A program made the position numbers and the translations under genes. A DNA stretch of 64,000 nt from Bigelowiella natans CCMP2755 (Eukaryota > Protista > Cercozoa), in contig ADNK01002519.1 of assembly GCA_000320545.1 (NCBI GenBank), positions 186,001-250,000 on the forward strand. Direction: 5' to 3'. Within the stretch, counting starts at the first letter, position 1. Every line of letters starts with the position of its first letter. Below the pieces are notes generated by a model. The model saw nothing but the letters and a program-made list of their open reading frames with translations, was not told where the DNA came from and searched no databases. This document shows, in pieces, positions 22,426 through 35,293 of the stretch.

Positions 22426-22850
22426 TAAGCTAGCAAGCACAAAGTAAATGTTGACCTATTTCCTAGAAGCTACATCACGTGGCTTATGGCTAGCACATAT
22501 GCCCTATCCGCTGTTCACTTGCAGCGCAACAGACACGTAACGTGTTTACTATTTGCAATTTTGGAGCTGTGCACATCACTGTCTTAATGGCTGTGTCACA
22601 CCGCATTCTTATTTTACGTTGTTTCGCTAGCGTTCCAGCACCACGCAAATTTACACTGTTATCTTTCGATGATGCGCACAGCCATCTCGCATGCGATGAT
22701 ATGATACAAATGTACCAATTAGAGGCTAGCCACCAGCAGCTCTATTTATTCGAACACTTGGCAATATTGAACGTGATAATTACTGAGATTCATCACACGT
22801 ACCGCTAGACCGCTACTGTCTAGACTGCATTAAAATTACAAAATAGACTT
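22420..22850. terminator. Palindrome/RY-rich tract downstream of the UGM gene
   Basis: GCTAGC (several copies), TGTGCACA, TGCGCA, TCGCATGCGA and CACGTG words. Confidence 0.33.
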
Positions 22851-23009
22851 TGCGTCTAATAAAGCATAAATTAAGTTGACAGGACGCCTCTACACTTCTT
22901 CCTTCGTCCTCTTCGTTACTACCTTGCTCAACTTGGAATTAATCTCCTTCTTTAGAAGCGTTAAGCTAATATCGATCGAAAATGCTTCTCTGAAATACTA
23001 AAATTCTTC

Positions 23010-24432
23010 TTAAACAGAGTCACTAACGAAAGTGTAGTCTTCCTTTTTTAAACCCTTCTTCGTGGTGAATTGTTCGTCGAAATATTCGAGCGCATTTAAG
23101 ATCGCCTGACATAATCACACACATAGACAGAAAAGGGGAGTGTGAGAAAGGGGAGGAATGGAGAGGAGAGTTGAAGATATAGGGGTTTGGGGCAGATGTA
23201 AGAACTATTGCAAAATCTCGCTTTTCACACACCTGATCCATGTTGAAGTACTTGTAGTTAGCTAGACGTCCCACGAAATGCACATCCTTCTCTTCATCCG
23301 AAAGTTTCTTGTATTTCTTGAAGAGTTCCATGTTTCTCTCGTTGAGAACTGGATAGTATGGATCTCCCTTATCAGTAGTAGTTTCTTTGACGATTACGGT
23401 ATGCGGGGTTTGCTGATTCAAGAAGTGCTTATACTCGACAATTCGAGTAAAGGCCACCTCTTTGCCAGGATAATTAACCACTGAATTAGGCTGATAGAAG
23501 CCATAGTTCTTGTAACGTTCAATGTGGAAGTTAATGGAGCGATACTCGAGGCTCTCGAAACCTTGACCTGCGAAGTAGGAGTCCACGGGACCGGTGTAAA
23601 TAACCAATTTACCTTTCGGAATACCGCTTCTGAGCTTGAAGAAGTCCGTATTCAGATGCACGTCGAGGAGTTCGTGATCGAGAAGATGTTCGAAAAACTT
23701 CGTGTATCCTTCTTTCGGGAGAACTTGGAACTTGTCGCCAAAGTAGCGAGTGTCGAAGTTGTTTCGACAAGGTATCCGAGCAAGAACGGACTTATCAAGA
23801 TCTTCGGGATATTTCTTCCACTGCTTGTAGGTATAATGCTTAAAAATTTTCTCGTAGAGCACTGGTCCGACTCGTGACTTTGCCATCTGCTCCCCATTTT
23901 TTATCTCCTCATACTTTACCTGTGTCTTAGCAAGCCACTCGTCCATCTCTTCGACAGTCTTAATATCGGCACCACATAGCATATTCACGGTAGTGATGTT
24001 GGGTGGGATGGGACAAACCTGGCCATCGATCAGACCCACGACCTGGTGCTCCCATCTCACCCACTTTCCAAATCGTGTTATGAACTCATACACCCTCTTC
24101 GAGTTGGTATGGAATAGGTGGGCACCGTACATATTCATAAGGATTTTTGTCTCCTCGTCTATATAGTCGTAACAGTTTCCTCCAATATGATTGCGGCGTT
24201 CGATAATCAAGCACTTTTTCTTCTGCTCCTCAGCAAAACGCCTGGCGATCACTGCCCCGGATAACCCGCATCCAACCACTATAACATCGTAGTCCTCGAG
24301 CTTCCAGTCTTTCTTACCTTTGTAAATCCAAGGATCGGTTCCAGGGGCGGTACCTGCAGACTCCTTTGAGATTTTGTGATCCCCGCGAGGGTCTGCAGAG
24401 GAGGTGGTGGCAGCAGACTGAGCTTTCTCCAT
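23010..24432 (-). CDS. glf: UDP-galactopyranose mutase, prokaryote-type (Glf), one intron near the 3' end
   Basis: VVGCGLSGAVIA FAD motif, IERRNHIGGNCYD, YGAHLFHTN, YTYKQW, LEYRS, FTRIVEYKHF and DPYYPV. GRLANYKYFNMDQ|AILNALEYF is split by a GT-AG intron (about 23107-23233). ATG MEKAQ at 24432. Confidence 0.93.
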
Positions 24433-24820
24433 TATGTGTTCGTTTGTGTTTAAACCGAAGACGAAAACAGACCCGTTGGAATGAAGATGGAGGCTGTTTT
24501 TATGCTGCGACAATAAAATCATGCAACATATCGAAAAGGCGACAATAAAATCATGCTCATTGACATTGGAACGTATCAAGAAGGCGCCAAATTTGACTAA
24601 TTTTGGGATCTACAGGTGTTCTCGTAAACGAGTGCAGGCCAATCGTCACTACTCGTATTGTCACCGACTTAATCATGGGAAAATATTGGCATCGACTTAC
24701 TCGAAAACTATGTCGCACGTAAAAATTGCATATGAACTTCTTTTTTCCTGTGATTTTTTCGGGCGGAGGTCGTCCTGGTTTCAAATTGACGTTCAAAAAA
24801 TTCCATTTCTTCCATTTGCA

Positions 24821-25958
24821 ATGGAGTCCACGCCCCAGCCCTCACCCACCTCCCTCGCCACCGCCTCCTCCTCATCGGAACCGTCGCGTGTGGAAATTTC
24901 GCAAGCAAAGAGCTCGGCAAAGATCATGAGCAATCACCAGAAGCTGCGCAATCAGCTCAGTTCTCTCTCCGAGAGGTACAAGCAAATGGAACGAGAGCAG
25001 GCACATTTGCTCAACATGGTAGTATTCAGAATAAGGACACCACTCTATGAGCCACGCTAAAATTATGTAATTATCCCAGGCCTTTCGAAAGATGAGGTCC
25101 AAGCTTGCAACTTCTCATCGTGATCAAACACAGGAAAACGACCTCTTAGATGCCGTTAAAATGGAAATTCAGTTCAGGCGTCAGCTCAAAGCGCAAACTC
25201 TCAGTGTCATTGAGAGAATTTTGGCACAAGGCTGTGAGGATATTGATATTTTGAAGGTAATTGTTTGTAATCTCCTCCTAATCCCCCTCCCCCCCCCCCC
25301 CCAAAATCCATAAGTGTACACTACCCAACACAACATGCACCACCAGGCCGAACACAAGAAACTAAGCACTTGGAAGCAGGCCATACAAAAAGAACTAAAG
25401 AAAGCACACCAGCTACAAGAGTCAAACGTTACAATTATGCCCAAGGAATTGGATGTCTACGATCTGGTTATAGATATTGACCAGCTTTCAGGTAATAGAT
25501 GGTAAATACAATTGCAGCTGTTGCGTTGGATCGATTATTCGGTTTAGTAGGCCATTTATCTTCCAAGAGGCAACATGCTTCAAGATGTCACATCATTAGA
25601 AGCCGTGCAGACATGTAATACATATTATGTTAATGTATATATTAATTGCAGATCTGGCAAGCAATGGATGGAAGATCGAAAGTGCAGCTGACTTTCAGAT
25701 GGAGCAAACCGAGGATGGAGACCAATGGAATGGGTATTTGAGCTTTATTTCCTAACATTGATACACCTTTTGCTTCGATAATAATATCCTCCATTCACTA
25801 CTCCTCAGGGCAATCATCGCTGTAGTTGGTCTGTATGACAAGGGGAAAACGTTCTTGCTAAATCAAATCAGTGGAGCAAAACTTCCTTCTGGTAGAAAGG
25901 TGCGGACAAAAGGACTTAGTTTCAAGCACATGGAGGTACTACTGATGATGCCGTTTCT

Positions 25959-26049
<91 letters not shown>

Positions 26050-26575
26050 CTTCCTCTTTCTTTGCATAAAAGATTGCATAAAAGAAGTAATATTTAAATG
26101 GACTGTTGTAGGTGGATAAGATGAAGTTCTGCCTTCTTGATTCGGCGGGTTCTAATGCCCCCGTGCGTGTCGAGAATAATCTATCAGTGTAATAATATCA
26201 TCAACATTATCCGTACCAATAACAACATATCGCTGCTCTATCAAGCTCTCAAATTAACACGAATCATAGTCGCTTTGGTTACATTGACAATTGACAAAAC
26301 CATGTCCTGGTGCTGCCGTATGCTTTTTATTCAAATTTCAAAAGATATCAGAAGCACGTGACGGAACTGTTCATTCTGGATGTTGTGTTCGAAGTATCTG
26401 GTAGTTATTTGAATATGTAGCTATAGTACTAGGAGAAGGAGGAGAAACGTTTATGTGCTTCTTCTGTACTTCTTCTGTACTTCATGCAGCAGCAGCTGCT
26501 GCTGCTGTGCTGCGTAAATTGGAACATCGCTGATTTTTCTCACAGGATAACCCCCTTTTCCCTCCCTTCCTCATG

Positions 26576-26613
<38 letters not shown>

Positions 26614-26966
26614 TTACTTCATTTGCGTTGTGAATGACTTCACATCTCTGGACCAACGTTACCTGGATAAAATCGCACGATTTCTACAGAAGTCGAAGAA
26701 GGTTTGCTCGCCTCCAATAAACGGCATTATCATCACCAACATAATCGATGTTTTATACGTTACTGACGGTGTTGGTGTTGGATTGTTGCAGGATTTCCGT
26801 GAGGTTATTGTCGTTCACAATTTCAAAGGCATTACGAGTGCCAAAGCACTTGATTATGCCTGGAAGTCGCAGGTTCGATGATACGTCTAAAATGACACAG
26901 ATCTTTGTCGTATGGGCGTGATTAGTGTTCCCTTGTACTTATAACGTTCACGTCTAAAAGTAGCAG

Positions 26967-27005
<39 letters not shown>

Positions 27006-28413
27006 TGATAACCATCGATGGATTTGATCGAGTAGGTTACCCAAGTATATCACGCAAGTGGAGGGTCGTCGCGACGTACGCGTGTCGCAGCAACAAACCC
27101 ATGCAGCAGGCAGCTGGAAGATAAAACCGTGACATGGTATAAGACAAGGTAATTTCGATGACCTTTCTCCTCCTCCTTCTTGCCAAATAGTCACCTATTC
27201 TGATTTTTTGCCCTTGGGATGTGAAAAAAATAACAGATACAGCCGGCACATTTGCCTAGCAAACGCTACCAGCCAGCTTGGATTGGCAATAAATCCATGG
27301 GCAGTTTCACTGTTAAGATACTGGCTGAAGAGCGTTGTCGTACCTACTTCACGAAAACGATCGATCCAAGACACTATTGTTACCACGTGCACAAAGAAGC
27401 TGTCGATGTGCTTTAAGGCGCGAAACTCACAGCTGAAGGTCTTTGAAACGGAGGAGAAGTGCGTCTCGTACATCAGGCCGACAGATCCGGTAGTAAAGGG
27501 GAGGAGGGAATGAACATATGCATGTAAATAAAGGCAAGATTTCAAGCGAGAAACATTGACGATTTTTCGACTTACATCCAAGGCCTTTCGAGGCGTTGTT
27601 GTGAGACGCAGAGTCGGTGTCTTTCGAATAGTACACGTACAAATGTCAGGGGGGGGGGTCAATTCGTCTACAATTGAAGAAACAATAATGATAACAATGG
27701 GATTATCCTGATATTGAGTTCTGTGATAACTGTGGTGGTGGTGGTGATGAGGAAAATACTTCAGATACCAGCCAGAATGATGATGATGATGATGATGATG
27801 ATAATGATGAGGATGATGATGAACTGTGAATGATGATAATTGTGCATCTTTTCGGAATACTATCAGGAACATCGTAAGAGATTTATTTCACCTCGCATGG
27901 CTCTTTATGGACATTCTGTGGTCCTTGAATGTGCCGATAGCTTCAAACCTGATGTGGATATCATCAAGACGCGAAATGAATTCATTGTTTATCTTGATGC
28001 CCCTGGGATCTCACCAGATTCCATCTCCCTTTCGAGGTATATATACTGTGAGAGTCGTCTGTTGGAGCTGCCATTTTAGAATGTAAACACTTCAGGGCAC
28101 TTGCTTTGAATTTTGTTGTTAATAAGTCGTTCTTTTTGCACCGTATTCACTCGTTTTGCAGGAAAGGACAGATGACCACCATTAGCGGTAAGCGCAACAA
28201 TCCCACCAAGATCGACCAGGGAGAGGTACAACGACCAATTCTCATGATGAAGAAGCAGAGAGAGAACACCAAGATATACAGGCTAGGAATATGAAAAAGA
28301 AGACCTGAGAGTCATTCAAAATCCAAGTGTAGACACATATATGTAACGAATTGAGAACCGTTTCGATTCTGTCCTTTTGCACAGGGAGCAAGCAGATGAT
28401 GACCTCCCCTCTA

Positions 28414-28486
<73 letters not shown>

Positions 28487-28641
28487 TGATTCTAAGCATC
28501 TTCCTTTCTGAAAAAAGGAGTGCGCTAATGAGAAGCGCGAAAGAAGATTCGGCGATTTCTCAGTGTCAGTTGATGTGCCTTCGGCTTATATGAAAAGGTT
28601 GTACATATTTTTATATTATGCTGTTTTGTGCTCAATTCCAA

Positions 28642-28687
<46 letters not shown>

Positions 28688-28813
28688 CTTCTAAGGATCA
28701 TTCTCATCATGTAAATTATTAGGTGGAAGAGTTGCACCGTTGAGAATGGAGCTTTAAGAATGATCTTTTCAGCTGATCTTGATGATGATAAAGGCGTTGC
28801 TTTGGTGTCGTAA
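24821..28813 (+). CDS. Coiled-coil + P-loop GTPase (G domain) + C-terminal HSP20/alpha-crystallin-like domain protein, multi-exon
   Basis: Exons give IAVVGLYDKGKTFLLN (G1), RTKGLSF (G2), LLDSAG (G3), FICVVNDFTSLDQRYL and VIVVHNFK. These are followed by FKPDVDII...VYLDAPG, TISGKR, ERRFGDFSVSVDVP and VENGALRM (alpha-crystallin pattern). Stop at 28811-28813. Confidence 0.85.
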
Positions 28814-28849
28814 TGATGTAAAACACTAATGAATAGGCGATTTTAAATA

Positions 28850-29350
28850 CACATGTCATATCGCTCATATGTGTAGCAGCACCAACGCGGACCTGCCTTG
28901 CTCAGTGCTTGCTCTGCTGTCATCCACATGCACATGCATCTGCTCTAGATCTGCTGCGCGCGTGCACACGTGTTATTTAGTCTGCACTATCATTTATGAA
29001 GCAGTAGTCTCAATTTCATGTGTCTGTGCATGCAATCATGGCTATCGCATGAAGTCCAATGCGGGCTAATAAGTGCCATTGATGCTGCAATGCACAGCTC
29101 AGACATCATTCTATGCGCAATCGCAGTCTTGCTCCACTAACAATTTTGCGTGAACGGTGCGTTGATGCAATGGATGCGCAAGAGAATGGCAAATGATGAT
29201 CGAAGGGCTATTAACCAGCATGCACAAATGTGCACGATGCATGCTTGACTGTATTGTGTCGCACACTGTGTGAATTGAAATGCGTAGTTGCTATGGCATT
29301 GCAAGTGCGCGTTGGCAAAAGGACATGCACCACTACCATTCATGCCATTC
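28850..29350. terminator. Palindrome/RY-rich tract between convergent gene 3' ends
   Basis: Very dense TGCA/GCATGC/GCGCGCGTGCAC words between the GTPase-HSP20 stop and the 29525 stop. Confidence 0.38.
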
Positions 29351-29524
29351 CGCCATACTCACATTTTCAATTGAAAAAATGTAATATCTTCTGTATATCC
29401 GTTTCAAACTCATATTTTCAGTCAATCTTGAGGACATTTGTCAGTGCGTAGTGGAGTATAGAAGATTTTGAGGTCGCAACAATGCTAATAATGTTCAGTT
29501 TTACTTACATACGATACGGAAGCT

Positions 29525-30905
29525 CTAATCCCAGACATAGTCTAAGCACTTAATGTTTCTGCGAGGCAGCAGTGTATGTTCCACCACCTCTTGTCCATCA
29601 TCTTCGAAATCCAGCTCTGAAGGCATCTTTGCTGGAAAAGGGGAAGCAGGTGTCATTTTCGCTGGCGAAGAAAGGGTAGGTAGCAGTCCAACGCAATACG
29701 ACGGCCTCCCACAAACAGGGCTGCAGCTGCTGGCTCTGGTGCCGGCAGGGGTTGTAAAATGTTGAAGAGGATGTTGATCATAATGAAGAGTACGAGAAAA
29801 AGGTTCACCGTAACTATTAACACCAGTTTCTGTTCTGTAACGCTTTGGGCTGTGTGGCGTATCGTCTTGATTAGGAGATGTCTGAGAAGTGTATCCCGTA
29901 TCTGTTTCACCCAGAGAATTAAAAAAGATTTCTATTTCATTCGCTCTGAATCTCTTTCTGGATTGACAAGGAGAGTTTGAAGGTGAAGAATGTCGGCTTG
30001 AATCCGGTGTAGAATCTTGTCGGTTTTCCGTTTCAGAATCATCCCCAAAGTGTAACACTACGTTCGCGTTGTAAATATTCCTTGATAATGAGTCTAATTC
30101 CGGAAAGATGTCTGATATCACCTCGCGCTTGATCTCTTCATTTTGATTGAGTCTTGAATATTTCTCTTTCTCACGTATTTTTTTAATTGCTTCACAAGAC
30201 TTAGCAAGATGCCGATGGAGACAGCCTACGTCCCATCCTGGTCTTACGGTCTCCCTGGACCTTCCGATTGTGATTTTTTTCCTTTGCCCGCACAGGGGAC
30301 AAGTCATTTTGACCCCTATTTTTTTATCACGACGCACATTGATGCTCTCTGGAGGTGGTAAGCAACATCTCATACACCATCCAGTCTGCTGAGCTCCACA
30401 GCACTGGCACCTCGTCAACTTTGGAGACAGTGTTCTCAATTCATTGAGCATCTGCTTTTCAAGTTGAGGAAGGGAAGGCGTTTCGCAGAGTGTCTGTCCG
30501 TACTGGTAAGAATGAGAATGCATTGAAATGAATTGGTGAATGCAAGCTGGGCTCTTCGAATTTGCGAATCAGCGCCGATGCGTGGAGACTTTTGGTTTCT
30601 GTTGGTGGAGGGAAAGTGAATCCGATGTCAGTATTTTTTTCGAAATTAATCGCATTTACGAGAAAATGAGGGGTTTTAAGACTGTATTTCCAGATAAACC
30701 CGGATTTAGAGTGAAATCGGACGGAGTTGTCCATCACATAATTTTTGATGATGAATCGGACAACTTCTTCGGCAAAGGTCGACTCGAGAAGGCCGGTCTT
30801 CAATTTCCCGAAAAATGTTGTCATTTCATCGTAAAACAAGCTGAATTGCAGGCGGTTTGCGTTACATTCTTGCACCGAGTCCAGAGAGTCCAACAAGGCG
30901 TCCAT
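29525..30905 (-). CDS. Hypothetical protein(s): 332-aa ORF (29525-30523) with Cys-rich/BED-like zinc-finger motif and Ser/Pro-rich tail, preceded by an overlapping ORF of about 150 aa (30459-30905)
   Basis: Long microsatellite-free ORF with CQCC..CMRCC and CPLCG...W....LHRHLAKSC motifs plus NLS-like RKR and PKRYR. How the two ORFs relate is unresolved. Confidence 0.5.
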
Positions 30906-31120
30906 GTCTTCCAAAGTCAACTCATTTCCAAATTGCGCCCGGTTATTCTCGGTTATTTACGGGTTGTTCCCGCGTTGATTTTTTATTTTTGTCGACATGT
31001 AAGTCGGTACCAGGAATCTTCGTGCTTGATGAAAACATTTCATATTTTTATAACTACTTACTTACGATGTTTTCCGATAGGAAATCGGACCACCTCTCTT
31101 CACCACCAGCTTCATTCGTG

Positions 31121-31145
31121 CCCCAACCCCTAACCCTAACCCAAC
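31121..31145. repeat. Short interstitial telomere-like repeat CCCCAA-CCCCTAA-CCCTAA-CCCAA
   Basis: Directly visible, about 50 nt upstream of the ATG at 31191. Confidence 0.6.
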
Positions 31146-31190
31146 GGCAAACGAACAGATAGGGATCAGACGAGCGATCTTGGCCGCCCC

Positions 31191-31920
31191 ATGGTGGGAT
31201 TCTTCAAAACCCTGCTGAGATCAAGGTGATTTGTCCCCCTTTACGTCTTGCTTCTACCACCGCGTGTTGGTCTAAGCAACAACTAAGGGCACGCAGATGG
31301 AAGTTTTCGGCAGTAGTACAAAGGAGGACACAATTTGCTCTACGTTTTACCGCGGAGAGAAACAGTGGATACGTTGGAGCGCGAGAGTATGTTTTGTACA
31401 AGCCCGGGCAGATATTCTCCGCAAAGATGTGGCGCCGAAACTTGTATTTAAACCCGTCCCCTCACCCCGTCTCCATTACTCCTTCCCTGTCCCCTCCCCC
31501 CCTAAATCCTTTATCGTATTATTCTGGATCCTTTCCTAGCACAAACATCACTTAACTCGAGTTAATTATTCAACAGTAGCAGCAGCAGTAGTAGTCTCGA
31601 TGAAGACGCTGAAATACAAAGGCAACTTGAGGGCCTGGCAAAGGATTTCCCCAAATTTTTCAGGTTGTCATGCATCACTTTCAGCTCCAGAATTGCACGT
31701 CCACATGGAGAAACGTCAGGGAAGAGTAGGAATACACACGCAATTGCTCACTTTCTACCACTACTAATTCATGGGTGTCCTAGGAAAACCGACGGTGTGA
31801 TCGAGTTTGTAGTGGATGAAGGTGAGAAGGGAAGCAGTGAAGTTTCATGCGGAAAATTGCATAACTTTGTGTGTGTGTGTGTGTGTGGGTGTATAAATAT
31901 GTTCAGACGACTCGAAATAG
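31191..31920 (+). CDS. Small (about 105 aa) spliced protein with mitochondrial-presequence-like N-terminus
   Basis: Five GT-AG-joined exons in consistent phase: MVGFFKTLLRS|RWKFSAVVQRRTQFALRF...MWRRN|FSSSSSSLDEDAEIQRQLEGLAKDFPKFF|RKTDGVIEFVVDE|DDSK*. It has an Arg-rich N-terminus and an RRNF/S cleavage-like site. Confidence 0.55.
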
Positions 31921-31959
31921 TCGATATTATGTATATGTACATCGTTTCTGAATATGTGT

Positions 31960-32260
31960 GCTTAGCATTGTACTGTTGTGTCGTACGGCTATGTGCATGC
32001 ATACTTGCTAGGATTAGCCGCTTAGCTCGAGGCAAGGCTTACGCTGGTCACATTACATGGATTGCATGTGCAAAGAAGTGTCAGCGGATTAAATTGCTAT
32101 AGCCAAGCTGCAACATCAAATATCACTGATGAAGCACGTAATATGTGCATGTGCGCTGCTAGCGCGCATACTGGCTTACAATGCACGTGCAGTTGTTCCT
32201 TTCTCAGGCAACATGACCGTTGATCGTGTTGACGTACATATTGACGAAATCAATAGCACA
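31960..32260. terminator. Palindrome/RY-rich tract between convergent gene 3' ends
   Basis: TGCATGCA, TGCATGTGCA, GCTAGCGCGC and TGCACGTGCA words. Confidence 0.35.
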
Positions 32261-32266
32261 GCATCA

Positions 32267-35109
32267 TCATATAGGCTGCGACTGCATCTTTGCTAACATT
32301 TTTTCGGTTTCCTTAATATTGTCTCCAAGTATATCTCTCTCCTTCTCTGAGGTGCCTTGTGCAAGCAGCTGATGCGTCCGAGCCACAGCCGCAAGTGCCT
32401 CCCCATGATACTGCTGCCGTATCGCTGGACAATGGAGATCCCAAAGCTTCTCGATAGCCCTACAAGCGGCCAGGTTAAGATTCATCGACGAGTCTTTGAG
32501 AGGGATTTCGCGAAGGAAAACTGGTAAGAGCATATCTGCGTGTGCCTGAATAGCTGCGCTGGTGTCAACTGGAAGCTGATTGGCCTGAGTATGTCGCGCC
32601 ACGAAAATCCACATTGAAGCAACGATGGCCGCTTGGAAAGATGCCAGAGCGTTCGTATCGGGAGGGCCGTCAACTCCCTGCGGAACAGCACTTGCGACAC
32701 TCACAACGGCTTTAAGGATATCACCCGTTCGATCGACGCCGTCCACTGGAGCTGTTATCAGCAGCTCTGGGTGAGCCTCAAGCAGACCCGCTAAGAACGA
32801 CGCGCACACCCTTCGCACTTCGAACTTGTCGCTTTCCATCGCGGAAACGATAAGTGGAATCTTGTCATTCACGAGAGGATCCGCTGCTTTGCCGAGATTT
32901 TGGAGAATTTGTATCATCCCAGCAATGAGTACATCGCTCAGGATGCCCGCTCGAAAGAAGGCCTTCATAGTTTTGTCTACGGAGCTCGTAAGAAGTCCTA
33001 CGGCGTGGCTCGGTTCCAGGCTGTGCACCAAGGTACAAAGCAAATTCACAGCAGAACTCTGAACGTTTTTATTCTCTTTGGCAATCTCCGAAGTCGAAGA
33101 GCTCACAGCGCTAGCATCGGTGTCAATTTGTTGCTGTGCGTATGTGACCCCATGCAGGACGTTATCAACATACTCGAATAGCCTGTTCGCCATATCACCG
33201 TCCGTGACTCCGTAGTGACTAATAAAGAATTCCAGAGTCCGCAAGCTTCTCAGCAACACGCTCAGGTTATAGTCTTCCTCGATTAAGCTCATCGCTTGCT
33301 TCATGATATCATTGGATTTAGATGCGAGGAATGCTTCAAGATCTCGAGTATCGTCCTCTGGTCGCGCGCTTTCGAGCATCCCTTGTGCGACTTTAAACAC
33401 TGTTCCTTGACACTCAAGCGCGGCTGCGGTCACCTCGGGCGACGGATTCGGCACTACTCCGAGCAGCACTTCGATTGCAGTTTGCACGTGCGGCTCTAGA
33501 AGCGATGGAGCGTTTCGGCAAACAAGATCCAGAGCGACGATGGCGGTGCTAAGCTTGTCAATGTTGTCTCTATTGGCTTGGAACGCCTGTTGATTTGTGA
33601 TTCTATCGCTTACGCTGTAGTCGTATTTCTTGCCGTCGCCGTCCTCCTCTTTCCTCTTATTGTGCTCATCGTTGTCTCCTGCACCCTCAGCGGCGTCATC
33701 TTGCTCGTCTTCCTCGAAGGCGAGATCTGGGCCGACATCATCGTTGCGGACTGATATCAAATCAAGCGTTTCCGTGGTTCTGATGATACCGAGTAAATAC
33801 GGCATGAACGACGGAATCACTGTCGCGGTATCACTTCCGAGCAGCTCCCCGCATATACAGGCAAAGAAGTAAATCCCAGTAGACTGTGTTTGAGACTCCT
33901 CGTGCGAGAGGGCAAGCTCTGCAAGCCGCATGGCGTCCTTAAGATGAACCTCGAAGTGCTTTCGTCCCACAGCCATAGCGATCTGGCTCATCGTCTGTAC
34001 ACCAGTAGCCATATACTCGTTCTTCGTAGGTTCATGTACAGTAAGCTGATGGATAAGAGGGATCCAATCGTACATCAAACTCGAGAACTCCTCGCCAATT
34101 CTATCTGCGGCAGAAGAGACGATACGGAGTCCGCTCTTCACGGCCTCAGTCGCGTTGTTGGCAGCTGATTGCTTGACCATACCTTGCGTTTCGAGCATCA
34201 AAGGGGCTACAATTTGTTTCACCTTATCCATGGGACCATACTCGACGTATCGTGCGAGTAATTTCGCCGCACGTGAGGAGATCATCGGGCTTTCTGAGTG
34301 TAGAAGCTGTGTTGCTCGAGCTATGGTCGGAAAGGCGTATTCTGGAAACTCCTCCCGCACCAGTTGTATCATAGCACTAATGGCTCTCATTGAAGTCTCT
34401 ATCACCATCGGGCTGCTCTGCTCTTCGTGCAGGAGACGCACGCAAACAGGGAGGAACGTCTGCCAAACGTCCACGCCTTTCTCTTTCCGTTCCTCTGCCT
34501 TTACTTCAAGAAGCCCATCGACGAGAACACCCATGATGAATGCACCCGCAGCGCGCACATTCTGCTCCTCCCTAGCAACCATAGAGCTCGTTGCTGGTGC
34601 CAGCATGGAGAGGCCTTGTTCCAACGGCATATACTCAGTGATCATGGAGAACAGCGACCAGAAATTATCTTCGAGACTTTCCTCGAAACTATCCGCAACA
34701 GAGTCGCACGCCAGTTTGAGGAGGGGATCCATTATCTTCTGCATGTGACCGCCGCTAACGATCGTGTCGGAGTAGGAGTAGAGCAGGGCTGAGAATGACT
34801 CAGCCGTAGCTTTCCTGGTAGGTAAGTCCAGCTTGTCTGATGAGATGATGAACGCAAACATATCGACTATCATTGCAAAAAACCTCACAATGGATTTGTG
34901 TTCTATCACTGCAAGGTTGTCTAGCAAGGATGTTCCCGCTCTCAACGTCTCCTCATCTGCTTCATCCGCAGCAGTCCTGATGTTGCGGAGTACAAGGGGA
35001 ACGATCTTGATAATCTCTTGGTTCTGGTCCTCGGGAAGATCATACTCAATTATGGCTTCGATCATGGCGTTCAAAGACTTCATAGCAGTCTTGCGTACTG
35101 AGTAAAGCC

Positions 35110-35147
<38 letters not shown>

Positions 35148-35247
35148 ACACAAACACACGAAGAAAGCATCCAAGCATGAAGAACACATATCTTGTAACT
35201 CCGCATCTCAAACCTCTCGTAGTAAAGTGTTTTAGGCTCAATCCCCA

Positions 35248-35293
<46 letters not shown>

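Noticed and set aside
23023-24579. 518-aa UGM as given by the ORF track
   Set aside because: It starts at a non-ATG codon upstream of MEKAQ and reads through the 3' intron; the spliced form restores MDQ-AILNAL.
30540-31133. 197-aa plus-strand ORF and other long antisense ORFs (e.g. 11737-12336, 34155-34748, 36702-37343)
   Set aside because: They are antisense shadows of better-supported coding regions, with no recognisable motifs.
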